DNA of 64,000 nt from Epiperipatus broadwayi (lineage: Eukaryota > Animalia > Onychophora). Below the pieces are notes generated by a model, which saw only the letters and a program-made list of their open reading frames with translations, was not told the DNA's origin and ran no database searches. This document shows, piece by piece, positions 1 through 13,261 of the stretch. Each line of letters begins with the position of its first letter. Position 1 is the first letter of the stretch. The stretch covers positions 8,060,001-8,124,000 of the forward strand of contig JAQFVV010000009.1 of assembly GCA_028023455.1 (NCBI GenBank), given 5' to 3'. The position numbers were made by a program, and so were the translations under genes.

Positions 1-2655
1 ACACATATTGGAAATACAAGTGGAGTAGGATTCATTATAAATAAAAAGTGGAAGAAAAATATTGTGGAGATTGATGGTGTATTGGACAGAGTGGCAAGAT
101 TAGTTATACAACTTAATAGCAGATACCAAATGCAGATAATTCAGGTTTATGCCCCAACAAGTTCTCATAGTGATGAAGTAGTAGAAGATTTTTATATGGA
201 TGTACAAAAGGCTTTTGATCAGAGTAAACAACATTTTAAAATTGTTATGGGAGACTTTAATGCTAGAATTGGTAGACAAATGAAAGATGAAATTGCTGTA
301 GGTAATTTTGGTTATGGTAATAGAAGTGAGAGAGGACATAGACTTGTGGAGTTTGCAGAAAAAGAAAAACTTTATATTATGAATTCATTTTTTGAGAAAA
401 ATGTTAAAAGGAAATGGACATGGAAGCATCCAAATGAAGGTACAGCAGAATTGGATTATATTTTGACTAACAGAAAATACATATTTCAAGATTGTAATGT
501 TCTTAATAAATTTAACACAGGAAGTGATCATCGATTAGTAAGGTGTAAGTTACGTGTTAATGTAAAACTAGAGAGACAAAAATTATTAAGAAAAACAATA
601 TTTACAGTTGATATTCCTAATCTTCAGAAACATTCTAATGAATTTAAATTAGAACTTACAAATAGGTTTCAAGTGTTAGGAGATTTTGAACATGATACAG
701 ATTTGAATGAAATTAATATGAAAATAACTGATACACTTTTAAAAACTGCAACAAACATAGCTGGTAGAAAAAAGCAGCAATTGACTAATAAAATTTCTAC
801 TGAGACTAGAGAATTTATGAAGAAAAGAAGGAATATGAAGATATACAAAAATGATGTATTAAAAAGAATTGAATATCTCGAATTTTGTAAAATGGTACGG
901 AAAAGAGTTGAAAATGATATAAGAAAGTATAACTGTGAAATAGCAAGGAAAGCTGTAGAAGAAAATAAAAGTCTCAAAAATGTTAAACAACATTTTGGTA
1001 TTGGTAGGAAATTTATATCTGCAATAAGAAAAAAAGATGGAATTATTACTAAAAAGAGAGATGACATCATGAAATTGGTAGAAGATTCTTATCAAGTATT
1101 ATATAGTAATAAAGAACAAGTACCTCCTATATCTATTACATCTTCCGAATTGCCCAGAATTTTAAATGAAGAAGTGAGACATGCAATTAAGTGTATGAAG
1201 AAAGAAAAGGCTCCAGGAAATGATGGCATTATAATTGATATATTAAAAGAAGCAGGTGAAGAAATAGAAACAATTTTAGCAAAGTTATATACCAAATGTC
1301 TAAATGATAAAGATGTACCGGGAGATTGGAAGAATGCAGTAATAATATTAATATTTAAAAAAGGTGATAAAGAAGATATTAGAAATTACAGACCTATCAG
1401 CCTTTTATCAGTTTTATATAAAATTTTTACCAAGATAATTACAACTCGTCTACAGAGAACTTTGGATTTCCACCAACCAAGAGAACAAGCTAGATTTAAA
1501 AGTGGTTTTAGTACAATAGATCATATCCAGGTATTGAGAGAAGTCATAGAAAAGACAAACAAATATGAGTTGTCATTATGTTTTGGATTTGTAGATTATG
1601 AAAAGGCATTCGATTCTATACACATTTCTTCAGTGATTAGAGCATTGGATCATCAAGGTATAGATCCAGGATATTGTCATATCTTAAAGAATATTTATAA
1701 AAATGCAACAGCAACAATTAGATTACATAATGATACTGGAAAAATCAACATTGAGAAAGGTGTAAGGTAAGGTGACTCCATATCTCCAAAACTCTTTACA
1801 GCAGTGCTGCAAGAAGTATTTTGTGGATTAAAATGGGAAACTAAAGGAGTGAAAGTAAATGGAGAGTATTTAAGTCATTTAGATTTCGCAGATGATGTAG
1901 TTGTTTTTGCAAATAATGCTTCAGAGCTGCAGGAAATGTTGCAGGAGTTAGCAGATGAAAGTAGAAAAGTAGGACTAAAGATAAATGTTAAAAAGACTAA
2001 AGTAATGTTTAATTGATTTGCTCAAAATATGAAAATAAAGATTGATTATGAAGAATTAGAAGAAGTTAACAGTTACAAATACCTTGGTCAGATTATTAAT
2101 ACAGATGAAAACATAATGGAGGAAATTAATCATAGAATTAAACTTGGTTGGAGTGCTTTTGGTAGAAATAACTTGATACTAAAAGGAAATATTCCTATGT
2201 GTTTGAAAAGGATGGTTTTTAACAAATGTGTTTTACCAGTTCTTACTTATGGATCTGAGACTTGGACACTTAATAGAAGAGCAATACAGAGACTTCAGAC
2301 CACTCAAAGGAGTATGGAGAGATGTATGTTGGGAGTAACAAGAAGAGATCGAAAACGCAATGTATGGGTAAGACAACAAACAGGTGTTACTGACCTTATT
2401 GAAAAAATTAAAAGATTGAAATGGAGTTGGGCTGGACATATTGCTAGAAGAGATGATAATAGATGGACAATTGAAATTTTAAACTGGATTCCAAGAGATT
2501 GTAAAAGACCCAGAAAGAGACCACATGTGAGATGGATGGATGAAATAAGAAAATGTGCAGGGGTGTTGTGGAGAAGAGAAGCTAAATATCGGAGAAGATG
2601 GATTAAACTTGGAGAGACCTTCATCCTGCAGTGGATTGATAATGGTTGATGATGA
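1..2655 (+). mobile_element. RTE-clade non-LTR retrotransposon (APE endonuclease + reverse transcriptase), 5' end beyond the window, inactivated by two nonsense codons
   Basis: Frame 1 is open from base 1 (SGVGFIINKKW) with APE motifs QVYAPT, GDFNARIG, DYIL and SDHRLV, then RT motifs YRPISLLS, FVDYEKAFDSI, GVR*GDSISP, FADD and YKYLG, and an RTE-type C-terminus (WAGHIAR). ORFs 64-1770, 1804-2016 and 2029-2649 share one frame, broken only by TAA at 1768 and TGA at 2014. The element ends in a (TGA)3 tail at 2647-2655. Confidence 0.93.
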
Positions 2656-3149
2656 ATTGGAATGCAATTTGAAAGTTATAATTGACTATTTGTTAATCTG
2701 CTTTCAGATCAGCTTATATATGTTGCTGTGTTCCTAGCTACGGCTGAGTAAACTGCAAATCTGAATAATTATTTTAAAGTAAAACAAACCAACTAATTAA
2801 CATGAGATCTTTATTCGTGCATAGTAATTACAAAACACAACAATTATGAGTAAATAATTAATATTCCCATCACCAATCCAATATATATACATACGCCCAA
2901 ATGAATTACAATCCAATCTTCCCTTAATCTACAATAGTACAGTAAAACACAAAGTACCTTCACTGGATCACTAGCTTATAAACCCTTAGAGAGCTGCTTA
3001 GAGCACTTTAAAATCATATTAAGATGTGTGCAGTCTGTTTTAACTCTAATCGGGTGGATTCACCTTGAGGCGCTGAAAATCTGGGTTCACAGAAAAAAGA
3101 ACAACACTCAAGAAAAGCCATGGGAAAAAGTTCTTGAGAGTTATTTTGT

Positions 3150-3297
3150 CTGCTCTTATATATTCCCATGTTTGAAATCTCATTCTCATATCTTCCCCTC
3201 TAGATCATTAATACCGCTGCTCACTTATTTCCCATGTTTGAAGTCTCTCTTTTCTTCCTTTCTGGAGTATTAACTCCACTGCTCCCTTATTTTCCAG
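3150..3297. repeat. Diverged tandem repeat, about 62-67 bp unit, about 2.3 copies
   Basis: Units begin CTGCTC...TTCCCATGTTTGAA at 3150 and 3217; a partial third unit starts at 3279. Confidence 0.75.
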
Positions 3298-3497
3298 GTG
3301 TGCAGATTCATTTGGTTATCAGTTCTTTTGGTAATTCGGTCTGGTAAAATAATGCATCTTTAATTATTTAATTTAGTTAATAGTTTGGCATTATTAATTA
3401 TTTGTAGGGTGTACGGTTTGATTTAATTATCTCTTTCATTTTAAATACTTTAAACACTATACACATCCCCCCCCCCCATTTATATAACTGCTAAATA

Positions 3498-4337
3498 AAC
3501 AAACAGTTTACACTTTGTGGTTAATTGTTCTAAATCAAAATATATATAAAATGCACTAACATGCACAAGCACACTTAATAAAAGTTGGTTTTGATTTGAA
3601 TTTAATCGACAGGAAAATAAAACAGTTTTTTTCTAAAATAAATAATCAGACCCCTAACATAGACAAGCAAAGATTTCTACTCCCTTATCTGCCTAAGGTG
3701 CATAAATGTTTTTACAATATATTCAATAATAAATACCATTTATGTTTTCACACATCTCCTAACTCCAACAAACTAATCAATAACACCAAGGACAGCCTAC
3801 CATCCTCGCTGACACCTCAGGTGGTCTATAATATTGCCTGCCCTGAAAAATATTGTAAATCATCATATTATGGTGAGACCAGGGCCTCTCTGTCCATTAG
3901 GCTATCCCAACACACTCCTACAATAAAGCACTGGTGGACACTGGTTATAGTTCAGTTTTTGCACAGCACTGCACTTCAGCTGATCATGATTGCCAGCCTG
4001 GAAATCCAGTAGTGGATTGCAGAGAGCAACACAATCTTGAAGATAAAAGAGGCTTACTTTATCTCTAGAGATGGCAACGCCATAAATAGAAAAGACTCTT
4101 GCTACAAAATATCCAAGACATAAAATGCATAATCATTTCATTTGCATAAATTTACATCGCTCCTAATCAATTTTTATGTTTTTACAAAACGGCTATGAAT
4201 ATGAGGGCTTTGACTCTTGACAGCGCTTAACAATTTGATTAAATATATATATTAAAATAAAAATAATATATACTTTTCTTTATTTGTTTTTAGCTTTGTG
4301 TGCTTGTGCCTGTTAGCGCATTTTATATATTTTGATT
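3498..4337 (+). mobile_element. 5'-truncated Penelope-like element (GIY-YIG endonuclease remnant) with inverted partial terminal repeat
   Basis: ORF 3596-4012 contains VVYNIACPEKYCKSSYYGETRASLSIRLSQH (PLE GIY-YIG), followed after a frameshift by LKIKEAYFI...INRKD. About 3531-3575 is an inverted copy of about 4297-4337. The 15-bp direct repeat TATAACTGCTAAATA at 3483-3497 and 4338-4352 is a candidate TSD. Confidence 0.8.
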
Positions 4338-5719
4338 TATAACTGCTAAATATTTATTACTTAATGTGTGTGTGTCTTTACTGGCTCTAATTTACATATA
4401 TATACACGTATATAATACATGTTTAATAAGGTTTATTTAAAATTGTTTGAATTAATAATTTCACTCTTTGTGGTCTAGTTGCAATCTCTAGTGGCTATAA
4501 AAAAAATATTACAGCATATATAAAGGTGGATTTTCATCTTTATGGTTTAAGTTCAGCAGTGTCAACCACACCTGGCAAATTTTTGAGTAGACCAGCAAGT
4601 ATTATTTTCAATATGATGCCATGTTTGATTTTTTTTGTGTGCAATTAAATCTTTTTACATATATTATATAATTAATTTATAGATTACATTATAAATATGT
4701 AAGCTTTTTAATAATTAAAATAAAAATATATTTAAAATTAATAAGTTAAAATTGTGAAAATAAGCATCTAATTGGAAATCTTACTGATAACAAATGAACA
4801 CGAAACCTATTCAAAAAGTTAGAAGAATAAAATATTAGATGTTAGATTTTTATGTTATTAAAAAATGAATAAGTCATCATCAATAAAACAAAAAAAATTC
4901 TAAAAATCAATAAATTATTAATTGTTATTAAAATATTTCACTTACAGTTTTTACAAAAACGATTTTCTTTTTAACCTATAATGACCGTTTCTGAAGTTAC
5001 TTCTGGTTCTCAGAATGTACTTTCTAAGAGCAGTCTTTTTAAAAATAAAATATTTTCGAAGACAATCCCTCCTAATGATATAGTTTTTGATTTAATAATA
5101 TCTTTTACAAAAATAATGCATCATAATCATTAACAATTACTGAAAAACACATTTTTTTGCATTTAGCCACAGAGTAAAACAATCTAAAGCATCAGACAAT
5201 CACAAATCATCACATTCTTCATAGCTTTGCCAGAACAATAGAATGTGCTGTCAATTGAACGCAAAGGTCCAATATCTTTTGGATTTTTTAAAAAATTAAT
5301 ATATTAAAAATGGAAGCTTCATAGAAAGAATCACTGCAGCCCATCACACACCATATTTTAATATATATGTTACAGTTAAAGTAATAAATCTGGTATTATT
5401 AATAATTACCAGGTGTTTTGATCAAAGAAATAACAAATATGTAAAAATCACATTGCTCGAGTAATTATTAAAAATTACCATGATCCTTTGGACAAAGTGA
5501 TAAATAATACATATAAATAACATTGACCAGGTAATTATTAATAATTACCAGTAGGAGTCTGGTAAATGTAAAAAAATATATTGTATAATATTATTTTTTA
5601 TTTATTAATTTTAATATTTAGTGATTTTTTAAATTTATTATTGTAATATTTATCAAATTGTAATAAAATTATACAAATAAGGAATACTAAACAAATAGGG
5701 AAACTTTAATTAGGTAAAA

Positions 5720-5960
5720 GTTTTACATTTTTATAAAGATTTAAATACAGTGTAACATTTTCTATGGTAACATTCTTATACTTTGCCTTAAACTCTTTCA
5801 TCATCATGCTTTGCCCAGCATGACCAATTTCAATATGGATGGCATGAATTAATTGAAAATTCTCTCCCATAAAGGTGTAAAATATATAATTGATTCATTT
5901 TCATTTTAAATGGGTAAGATGAGTTTTTCACCCTTTCCAATGTTGCAATTCTGCAGGTAA
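5720..5960 (-). mobile_element. Decayed KRBA2/SCAND3-like integrase fragment (Ginger-type DNA transposon remnant)
   Basis: The minus strand reads EKLILPI*NENESIIYF, then after a frameshift IHAIHIEIGHAGQSMMMKEFKAKYKNVTIENVTLYLNL (5849 to 5733). This resembles from memory the IHxxHxxIGHGGRxRMxKELxxKYKNIT...LYLNL zinc-binding segment of KRBA2-like integrases. Confidence 0.6.
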
Positions 5961-7655
5961 TTTGGCTGGAAAACTTCTCTTTGTTTTATTTAACTTTTAG
6001 CAAAAATGAATAATACTCTTCTCTTGTAAATAACTGCTGGGGTTTTTTTTTTTTTTCACTTTCAAATTATTCATTTGATCATTAAATCATTTCTTCATTA
6101 TATCTAAACCCTCCATTAAGCTTATAGGTAAACATAAAATTAACGAAAACATAAAAACAATATGCCAGACATACTAGTGATAGACATAAATAAAAAACAA
6201 TCTCTGCCAATAATGTAGTGATCAGCACTAAGCGAATGGTTAGGCAAAATACAACAATGATATGACTTTTTTTCTCTGGAATATGGCAAAGTTTCCAACC
6301 TAACATATCGAAATGTATTACATTTACTGTTGACAGTCACAAACCTAACACTATTGAAATTTATTACATTTACTGCTGACAGTCGAGAATTATGAATAAC
6401 TACCAGTTCATATGACAAATTTCTTAAAATTAATCACTTTGACCATTTTATTTGGTTAGTATTAATAATTAATAATAATTGTTAATTATTAATACTAACC
6501 AATTAATCACTTCAATTGTAACATATACAATGCTTTAAAACAATGTAGAAAAATAGCAATTGCAGTGTCATTGTACCACCTAAAATGTCAAATATGATAG
6601 CACTATCATAGCTTATTTTTGCCATGACAACATATTGAGGTTTTTGATTGATAGTGATATTGGTTAAGTGTTAACTGCTTTCATATATTATATATATTGT
6701 TTTTTATTTTAGGCAATATTTTAATATAATTAATATATTCACGTATATAACAAAACAAACACAACACATACATATATATATACAACATGGAATTGCTCAT
6801 AATTCAAAGATAATCAATTATCTTTAATATTAAAAAAGTGCTCATCAAATTGATCTCAGATCTAAAATAATCAGAAAGGTGTTTTTTAATTTGATTCACT
6901 TTATAAGACAGCTTTTGCATCATTAAACAATATTTTATGGCTAGTATCAAATTTATAAATAAGGTACTTATTTTTAACATTGTCTACTTTTATGAAAAGA
7001 ATCAATTTATTTTCCTCACATAGACTTTAAAGCAGTTGCATGGAATTTTATAAACTATTTCTGGTCTATTTTTACTGTTTTAACTCTTTAAATTTATTAT
7101 TAAATAATTCTTAAATAAGTTTTTTTCTCAAGCAAATCTACAAATTGATAATTTAAATGACAAAGAAATGAAGTCATTATTATTATTGTCATCATTTACT
7201 TTATTTAAATCAAAATTATAATTCTGTTTTATAAATTAAATAAACCCTTGTAATATAGCTAATAACTATCAGGCTTAATAATATTTTTCAAAATTTTTTT
7301 ATTAATAAAGTATTTACAGTATAAAACATCAGTATCTTTATTTGTTAAAATTATTAGGTCTAAAAATTTTAATTTATTAAAATTCAAAATACTTCTGTCA
7401 ACAAATAAATTTAATATCAGAAACAAAACTATGCAAGCTTATCAAAAAATCATCAAGCTTACCTTTATCAATGATAAATTAATTACCATCAAACATATCT
7501 GACAAATAATTTTAAAAACCTAATCATGTTGTTTTCTGAACTAATATATGCAGATTACTTTAAAGAAAAAATAATATAATAAATTAATAAAAGGAATCTA
7601 GGAATAGTTGACAACATTACATGATTTAAGACATCACATGAGTAGATATCAATTT

Positions 7656-8845
7656 AGTTGGCTATCTACATTTAAATTTTCTCCTTAATTGAATCTTTAA
7701 ACACTGGGATGACTAATCAAGAAATTGTAGATTTCTTTGCAAAAATAGTGATTTATCCTAGTGGCAATTCTATTATGACTAAATTTATAAATTCATTGTT
7801 TAACCTAAAATCTCAATAGCAGTTTTGATTGACAATCTTGTTTTTTAGCACATTTTTATTTCTCTTTTCAATTTCTTATTGGGTTTAAAGAAGAGAGGAA
7901 TGGAGAGAAATCATGGGGGAAAACAAAAAATGCATCTTTTATCAATTTAAAAAATGTAGATACATTTCAAATATCTATTTTCTTATTTGTAACTGAAAAA
8001 AAATGTTTGGAAATTTGGATTCTTCTTCTTTTGCCTTTAGAAAATTCGGTACTTCTTTTCAAAGGAAGGGAGAAACTATAATCTGGATTTGGGATTTACT
8101 ACCATGACTAAATTTATAAATTCACTGTGTAATGTAAAATGACCTAGTATTAATTTTCATTGACAAATCTTTTTTTTTGGGGGGGGGGGGCAACTTTTAT
8201 TTTTTATAAATTCTGTGTAAATTTAAAAAAAGGTCAAAGGTGAAAAAATGAAACAACTTTTTCCTGATCCATTGCCACATTATAATTTTTTTTTTTTAAC
8301 TTTCTAGAAATTAATTTCAAAATAAACTTTGTATTCATTTAACAGTGTCTTGGTTTTCATTTAAATTATATTATTTTTTAATTAAAAAAAAAAAAATCCA
8401 AATCAATAAAAAACATTTTTATTTTAAGCTTTTTTTTTTTAGTTAATTTGTTTTGGTTTCATAGCCAGCTAGTTTATTTTTATTTTGGAGTGTTTGATTG
8501 AATTTGTATTGAATGTAGCTGCATTTTTGAAGTCTACAAAGCAATTACCTCTCCCTGCCATATCCTCTCTTTTCATTTTTTAAAAAGCCAATAAGAAAGA
8601 AATTCAAAAAATTTTAAATACAGAATAATTGGAAAGAAGACCTATCTATGAAAATTAATACTAACAGATTTTAGATTACACATTAATTTATAAATTAAGT
8701 CATACATATTATTACTATGATAAATCACCATTTTTTTAAAGAAATCTTCAAATGATCAATTAGTCATCCCAGTATTCTTTTATGATATCAGAACAGTGTT
8801 TAAAGAGTTAATAAAATATAAAAATGGAAATGTAGATAGCCAACT
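7656..8845. repeat. Foldback/MITE-like element with long imperfect inverted arms
   Basis: The left arm (about 7656-7813) pairs with the right arm (about 8666-8845), e.g. AGTTGGCTATCTACATT with AATGTAGATAGCCAACT and ACTGGGATGACTA with TAGTCATCCCAGT. An extra direct sub-repeat lies at about 8104-8170. Confidence 0.8.
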
Positions 8846-9467
8846 GATAGTTCCACGTGGTTAACTATTCACCACATTACTTTTGCTTATATCTTTCTAT
8901 TCATTATCACAATCTATTCTCATCACTTTTATATCAGTAGTGTTTTGGTAGTGCTTAATAAATCTCTATCCAGTTCTATTCTATCCACATATTCCCAGAT
9001 TAGTTTCTAGCAGTGATGAATTTTTTGGATTTTTTTGAAGAGTGCATTTGGATCAAAAAAAATCCGTGATGTCAGTTTTAAAATATATTAGGTTGAATTT
9101 TTATAAAAGAATTAATATTTGTAAAAATAGAATTAAGAATTCTAGTTCAGCTTTATGCACTCTTGAAATTTATACTGATCATAAAATAGTACTCAGTGAT
9201 GCAAAGATTGTAGTGTAAGGAGACTCATTCCTTTGATTATTTTGGATCTGAGGTCACCATTTTTTAAAATAAAATTTTTGTTAATAATCCCATCACAATT
9301 TAGCCAGCATTAATGGTAAGAAATTAGATAATAAAAAGGTAACTAGCTTATAATTCCAGTATCTTGCCATGTTATTAAAAGGTGTATATTAGTTGTATTA
9401 TTATTTCCACTTTAAACCACTAAACATCACATGATCACCTTATGCTTACACAAGCTGTTTAACACAA

Positions 9468-9558
9468 AGGCAAAACTCTATGCAGTAGCACCACTCAGTG
9501 CAAGTCAGAGTAATCAATGAATGCAGGAAGGTTTGTGCATAAAATTCCTATCTAGTGC
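9468..9558 (-). mobile_element. 5'-truncated copy of the SINE-like family also at 12.5 kb and 13.3 kb
   Basis: The reverse complement matches GCACTAGATAGG...TTTATGCACAAACCTTCCTGCAT...TGACTTGCACTGAGTGG...GAGTTTTGCCT of the other two copies. Confidence 0.85.
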
Positions 9559-11399
9559 TGAAGCAGTCAATCTTAGCTTAAGATTGTGCTTCATGTTTCC
9601 ATCTACTAACCTACGTTTAAATCCCTATTTCCCATCCCGCTCCTTTTGTCGTGTATATATATTTCATGTATATATTTGAGATGCGCGCCTAAATTATAAA
9701 ATTTAATGTTTCAATAACATGTTTTAAAATTATTATTAATTCTTTTTATTAATTATTAGTTCTTTTTTATTAAAGTATTATAAATGCGGCTCAAATATAT
9801 ATATATATATAGGAGCAAAACTTACTAACAAAATATTGATTTTTAAATATTTTATCGTGCGTCATTTTTGGCTTTTTCTTTTTAAATTGCTTGTTTTTTT
9901 ATTAAACTATTGTAAAATCCAATATGGAAGATGCTACAGTACTTGTCTAAAAATAATTAAAGGGGTTGGAAGCACTATTGTTTAAATCTGGGGTAGGTAT
10001 TTTTTAATTAAAGTTTTTACTTAAAATGGGATTAAGATTAGATATACTTTTGTTAAAAACATGTTGTTAAATCTATTTCTAATCTGGAAATAGATTTGAA
10101 TTTATTTTTGATGTTATCTTACTGTTTCATCTTCAAAAACAACTGATAAAAGGAAAAGTATAAAATGACTGAATTTTGAATCACAGAGGAGATTGACTAC
10201 TATTGAAAGAGATTAGCTACTCTAGTGAAATGATTGTTAACATCACGGTGAAACTTAAAATGATGTAGTAGTAAATCCATCATTTCCTGACCCTTGTGGG
10301 TCATTTTCCACTGCCATAATATTCTGCTACCTTCAAGTGAAGTAAAGGTCCGATGGAGAACTTTAATAATGCTAATAGAAACATGCTGTCATTAAGAAGA
10401 ATTCATTTGGATCCTCAATTCATCGTTGCACGTGCCATACTTTAAAATGGATTCTTAAAATTGCAAGGTAAATTTCCAAGCTGCCACCTAATAGTCAATT
10501 TAGTCTAAATAATCTATCAAGATTTCTCATGTATTATTTAACTTTGCTTTTTATAAATCTGTGAATGTAAATTTGCTCTCAAATGATTTCGTTATATCTA
10601 ATCTATCTCATATGCTCTGGCTTTCTTTAATTTTGGTGCGGTTAGTTATTTATTACTTGATTTTATATATATATGCTTTTTTTTATTATTATTATTGTTT
10701 TGCTTATTAAATGTCAATCTCACAATCTGGCGAGCTTAATTTCTAAAAATCTTTTCTGTCATTTTTCTTCTTCTAAACCTTCATACAAAGGTTATTAACG
10801 TCCCCTTAAAATATGCAAATATAATGCATTGTAAATTAATACGTTCGCCAGATTGTTTTATGAATCAACATTTTAGGTTCGTTTTTAATATAAAATTTGA
10901 TTTATTTAACTCTGTAAATCCAGAATTTAAGCCAATTAACGCTTTGAAATCTTATAAAATATTATTTATTTAATTCTAAAAAGAGGTGACTTAATTGTTT
11001 TATATATATATATATAACTGCTAGTTATTTTCTTTTTTTTTATATACTCTTAAAATATATGCTATGTATTCCAGTTATTGTAAAATCCATGAAGGTGGAA
11101 TTGAATCATTTTAAATAGTAAGAAAGGGATGGGGGAAAATCTTAATGTTTCTCTTACTAAATCAAATCTTAACGTGTATTTTATTAATTTGAAATCTAAA
11201 TCTTAATGTTTCTTTTGCTATATAAAATCTTAACGTATATTTTATTAAATGAAATATTCTCTCTATATATATATTATAATTGCATGGCGTATTATAGTAT
11301 TCAAACAAGGGTCATTTATTTAAAGCAGTTAAATTTATTCAATGTGGTTAGTGGCATTCATTCGTACTGCGTTTCTGTTATTTAGCTATCTTCGTATAT

Positions 11400-11760
11400 A
11401 TATATTACGTGCTTCTAGTCTTCTAATCTGGGGGTTGAGACAAGTTCGAACCCATAGATTTCTTTTCATATCTCGTTCCATAGATAGTTGAGCTATCTGG
11501 AACCACATTTATTTCATATAAAATGCCTCTGGCAGTGATCCCATAAGTTTGGCACATGCTATGCATATTCACTTCGTAGATAAAAGGCCTCTCGCGTCGG
11601 TTATACCAGCAAAAGTCTGGGCCACACCATGCCTATCCATTTTTCTCTAAGCACTACCCAAGAAGGGTGTGTGAGATTTTGTTTTTCATCCAGAAGCATG
11701 ACCTTTTCCTCTGTTATTTTAGGCTATTATGTCAGCACCGCAAACTTCTTCATATTTATT
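11400..11760 (+). mobile_element. Probable tRNA-derived SINE (a second family)
   Basis: A GC-richer block of about 350 bp after a TA run, with a B-box-like AGTTCGAACCC at 11443-11453 and no ORF. No second copy was seen in the window. Confidence 0.4.
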
Positions 11761-12519
11761 ATTCCTTTTGCTTCATGACCCGGTTTTAATGCTCTAATAT
11801 TAAAATTAAGCTTTGCTTAAAAGATATATATATATAAATGTTATATTTATTAATTAAGTTTATTTCAATCATATACAATCTCACCATCATGATTTATATA
11901 TCTATATTTTAGAGTATCTATATGCCTTGGGGAAAATAAAGCGTTTGTCTTTCTATTGTTAAAATAATTTCATTAAATATTTTGTCATAGTTTCAAATAT
12001 AATTTTTCAACTGTCTTTTGTTTATTTTCACGATCTCAGTGGCGTGAAAATAGTTTATATCATATGTATAATGAATCTCAGAACACTCCCCTAAACCGTA
12101 AATCAAAGTGTTAATGGCAGTATTATCATAATTCTTTCTAATATTCGATTGGCATTTTAATATTGGACCCACCAAAGATGGGTGTTTATTTGTAATATAT
12201 TATTTAGCTAATAAAGAGCATATGAGAAATAATAGCATGAATGACACTATGTAATTATCTACCGCTTGCTCATTCATGAACATATTAATATAATTTATAA
12301 ATGTATAATAATTTGTTAGATGGATAAATGTATAATAACTTGTCAGTATATTAAAATATATTTTATTGTCTAACTTATCTGAGTAGTTCGAATTCCTTCT
12401 TTTGCTCCACTTCCAAACGTACAGCCTAGTTGATATATATGTTAGTTTAGTCATAGTCAATAGATGTCTCATTGTCTTCTCCGCTCTCCTAGTCGGCCGG
12501 ATTTAAAATTAATTCTCAT

Positions 12520-12828
12520 GTGCCATCACTATTATGTTATTCATTAGGTGTTAGATCTGAGTCTTATGGAGTGGGTTCAAATCCAGGTTGGTCCCTGACC
12601 TAAATCTTGGGCTGGACTGGGTTTGAAGTACATTTAGTGAGTTCCAGCTCATGTTAGATGGATAAACATGTTTTGACAGGTACAGTGCCTACTCATCCAC
12701 ATGCTAGAAACTAGTCTGGGGATATTGGATGAGTATGCACTAGATAGGGATTTTATGCACAAACCTTCCTGCATCCACTGATTATTCTGGCTTGCACTGA
12801 GTGGCATTCCTATATGGAAGTTTTGCCT
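12520..12828 (+). mobile_element. tRNA-derived SINE carrying a partly deleted hammerhead ribozyme
   Basis: B-box GGTTCAAATCC at 12574-12584. Stem GTGCCTACTCATCCA (12685-12699) pairs with TGGATGAGTATGCAC (12726-12740) and encloses GAAACTAGTC (12707-12716). The 3' body is shared with 13262-13418 and 9468-9558. Confidence 0.7.
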
Positions 12829-13261
12829 ATGTGTGTTTCCACTTTATTTAATAATATGTTAAATCAGTAAATCTATAAATTATGAATAGAGGGCAATGTG
12901 CTGCATAGACAAACTAGATTGGGGTTCTGTTAAATAGATAAGTTTTAACTAACTAGTCTCATATCTGAATTATTATTATTGATAAGAATGTATGGCTGGT
13001 ATCTATCAGTTCAGATGAGTTACATCTGATTGTTATTCTTATGTAACATGTTAGTATTAGATGATTGTAACATCATTTGTGACTGCTGATCCCTTACAAT
13101 CATTATCTCTTTTAAACAGTGATATACAATAGATGACAAATTCCTACCACATGCCATTCAATTTTCTTTCTTACATGTTTGGTAGTAATATGTATGTGAT
13201 TGCCAGTCACTATATGCTATATATTCTATAGAAGTTTAATTCTTACCATAGACATATAATA

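Noticed and set aside
100-2737. Antisense and alternative-frame ORFs over the RTE element
   Set aside because: They are shadow ORFs of the LINE coding strand with no independent motifs.
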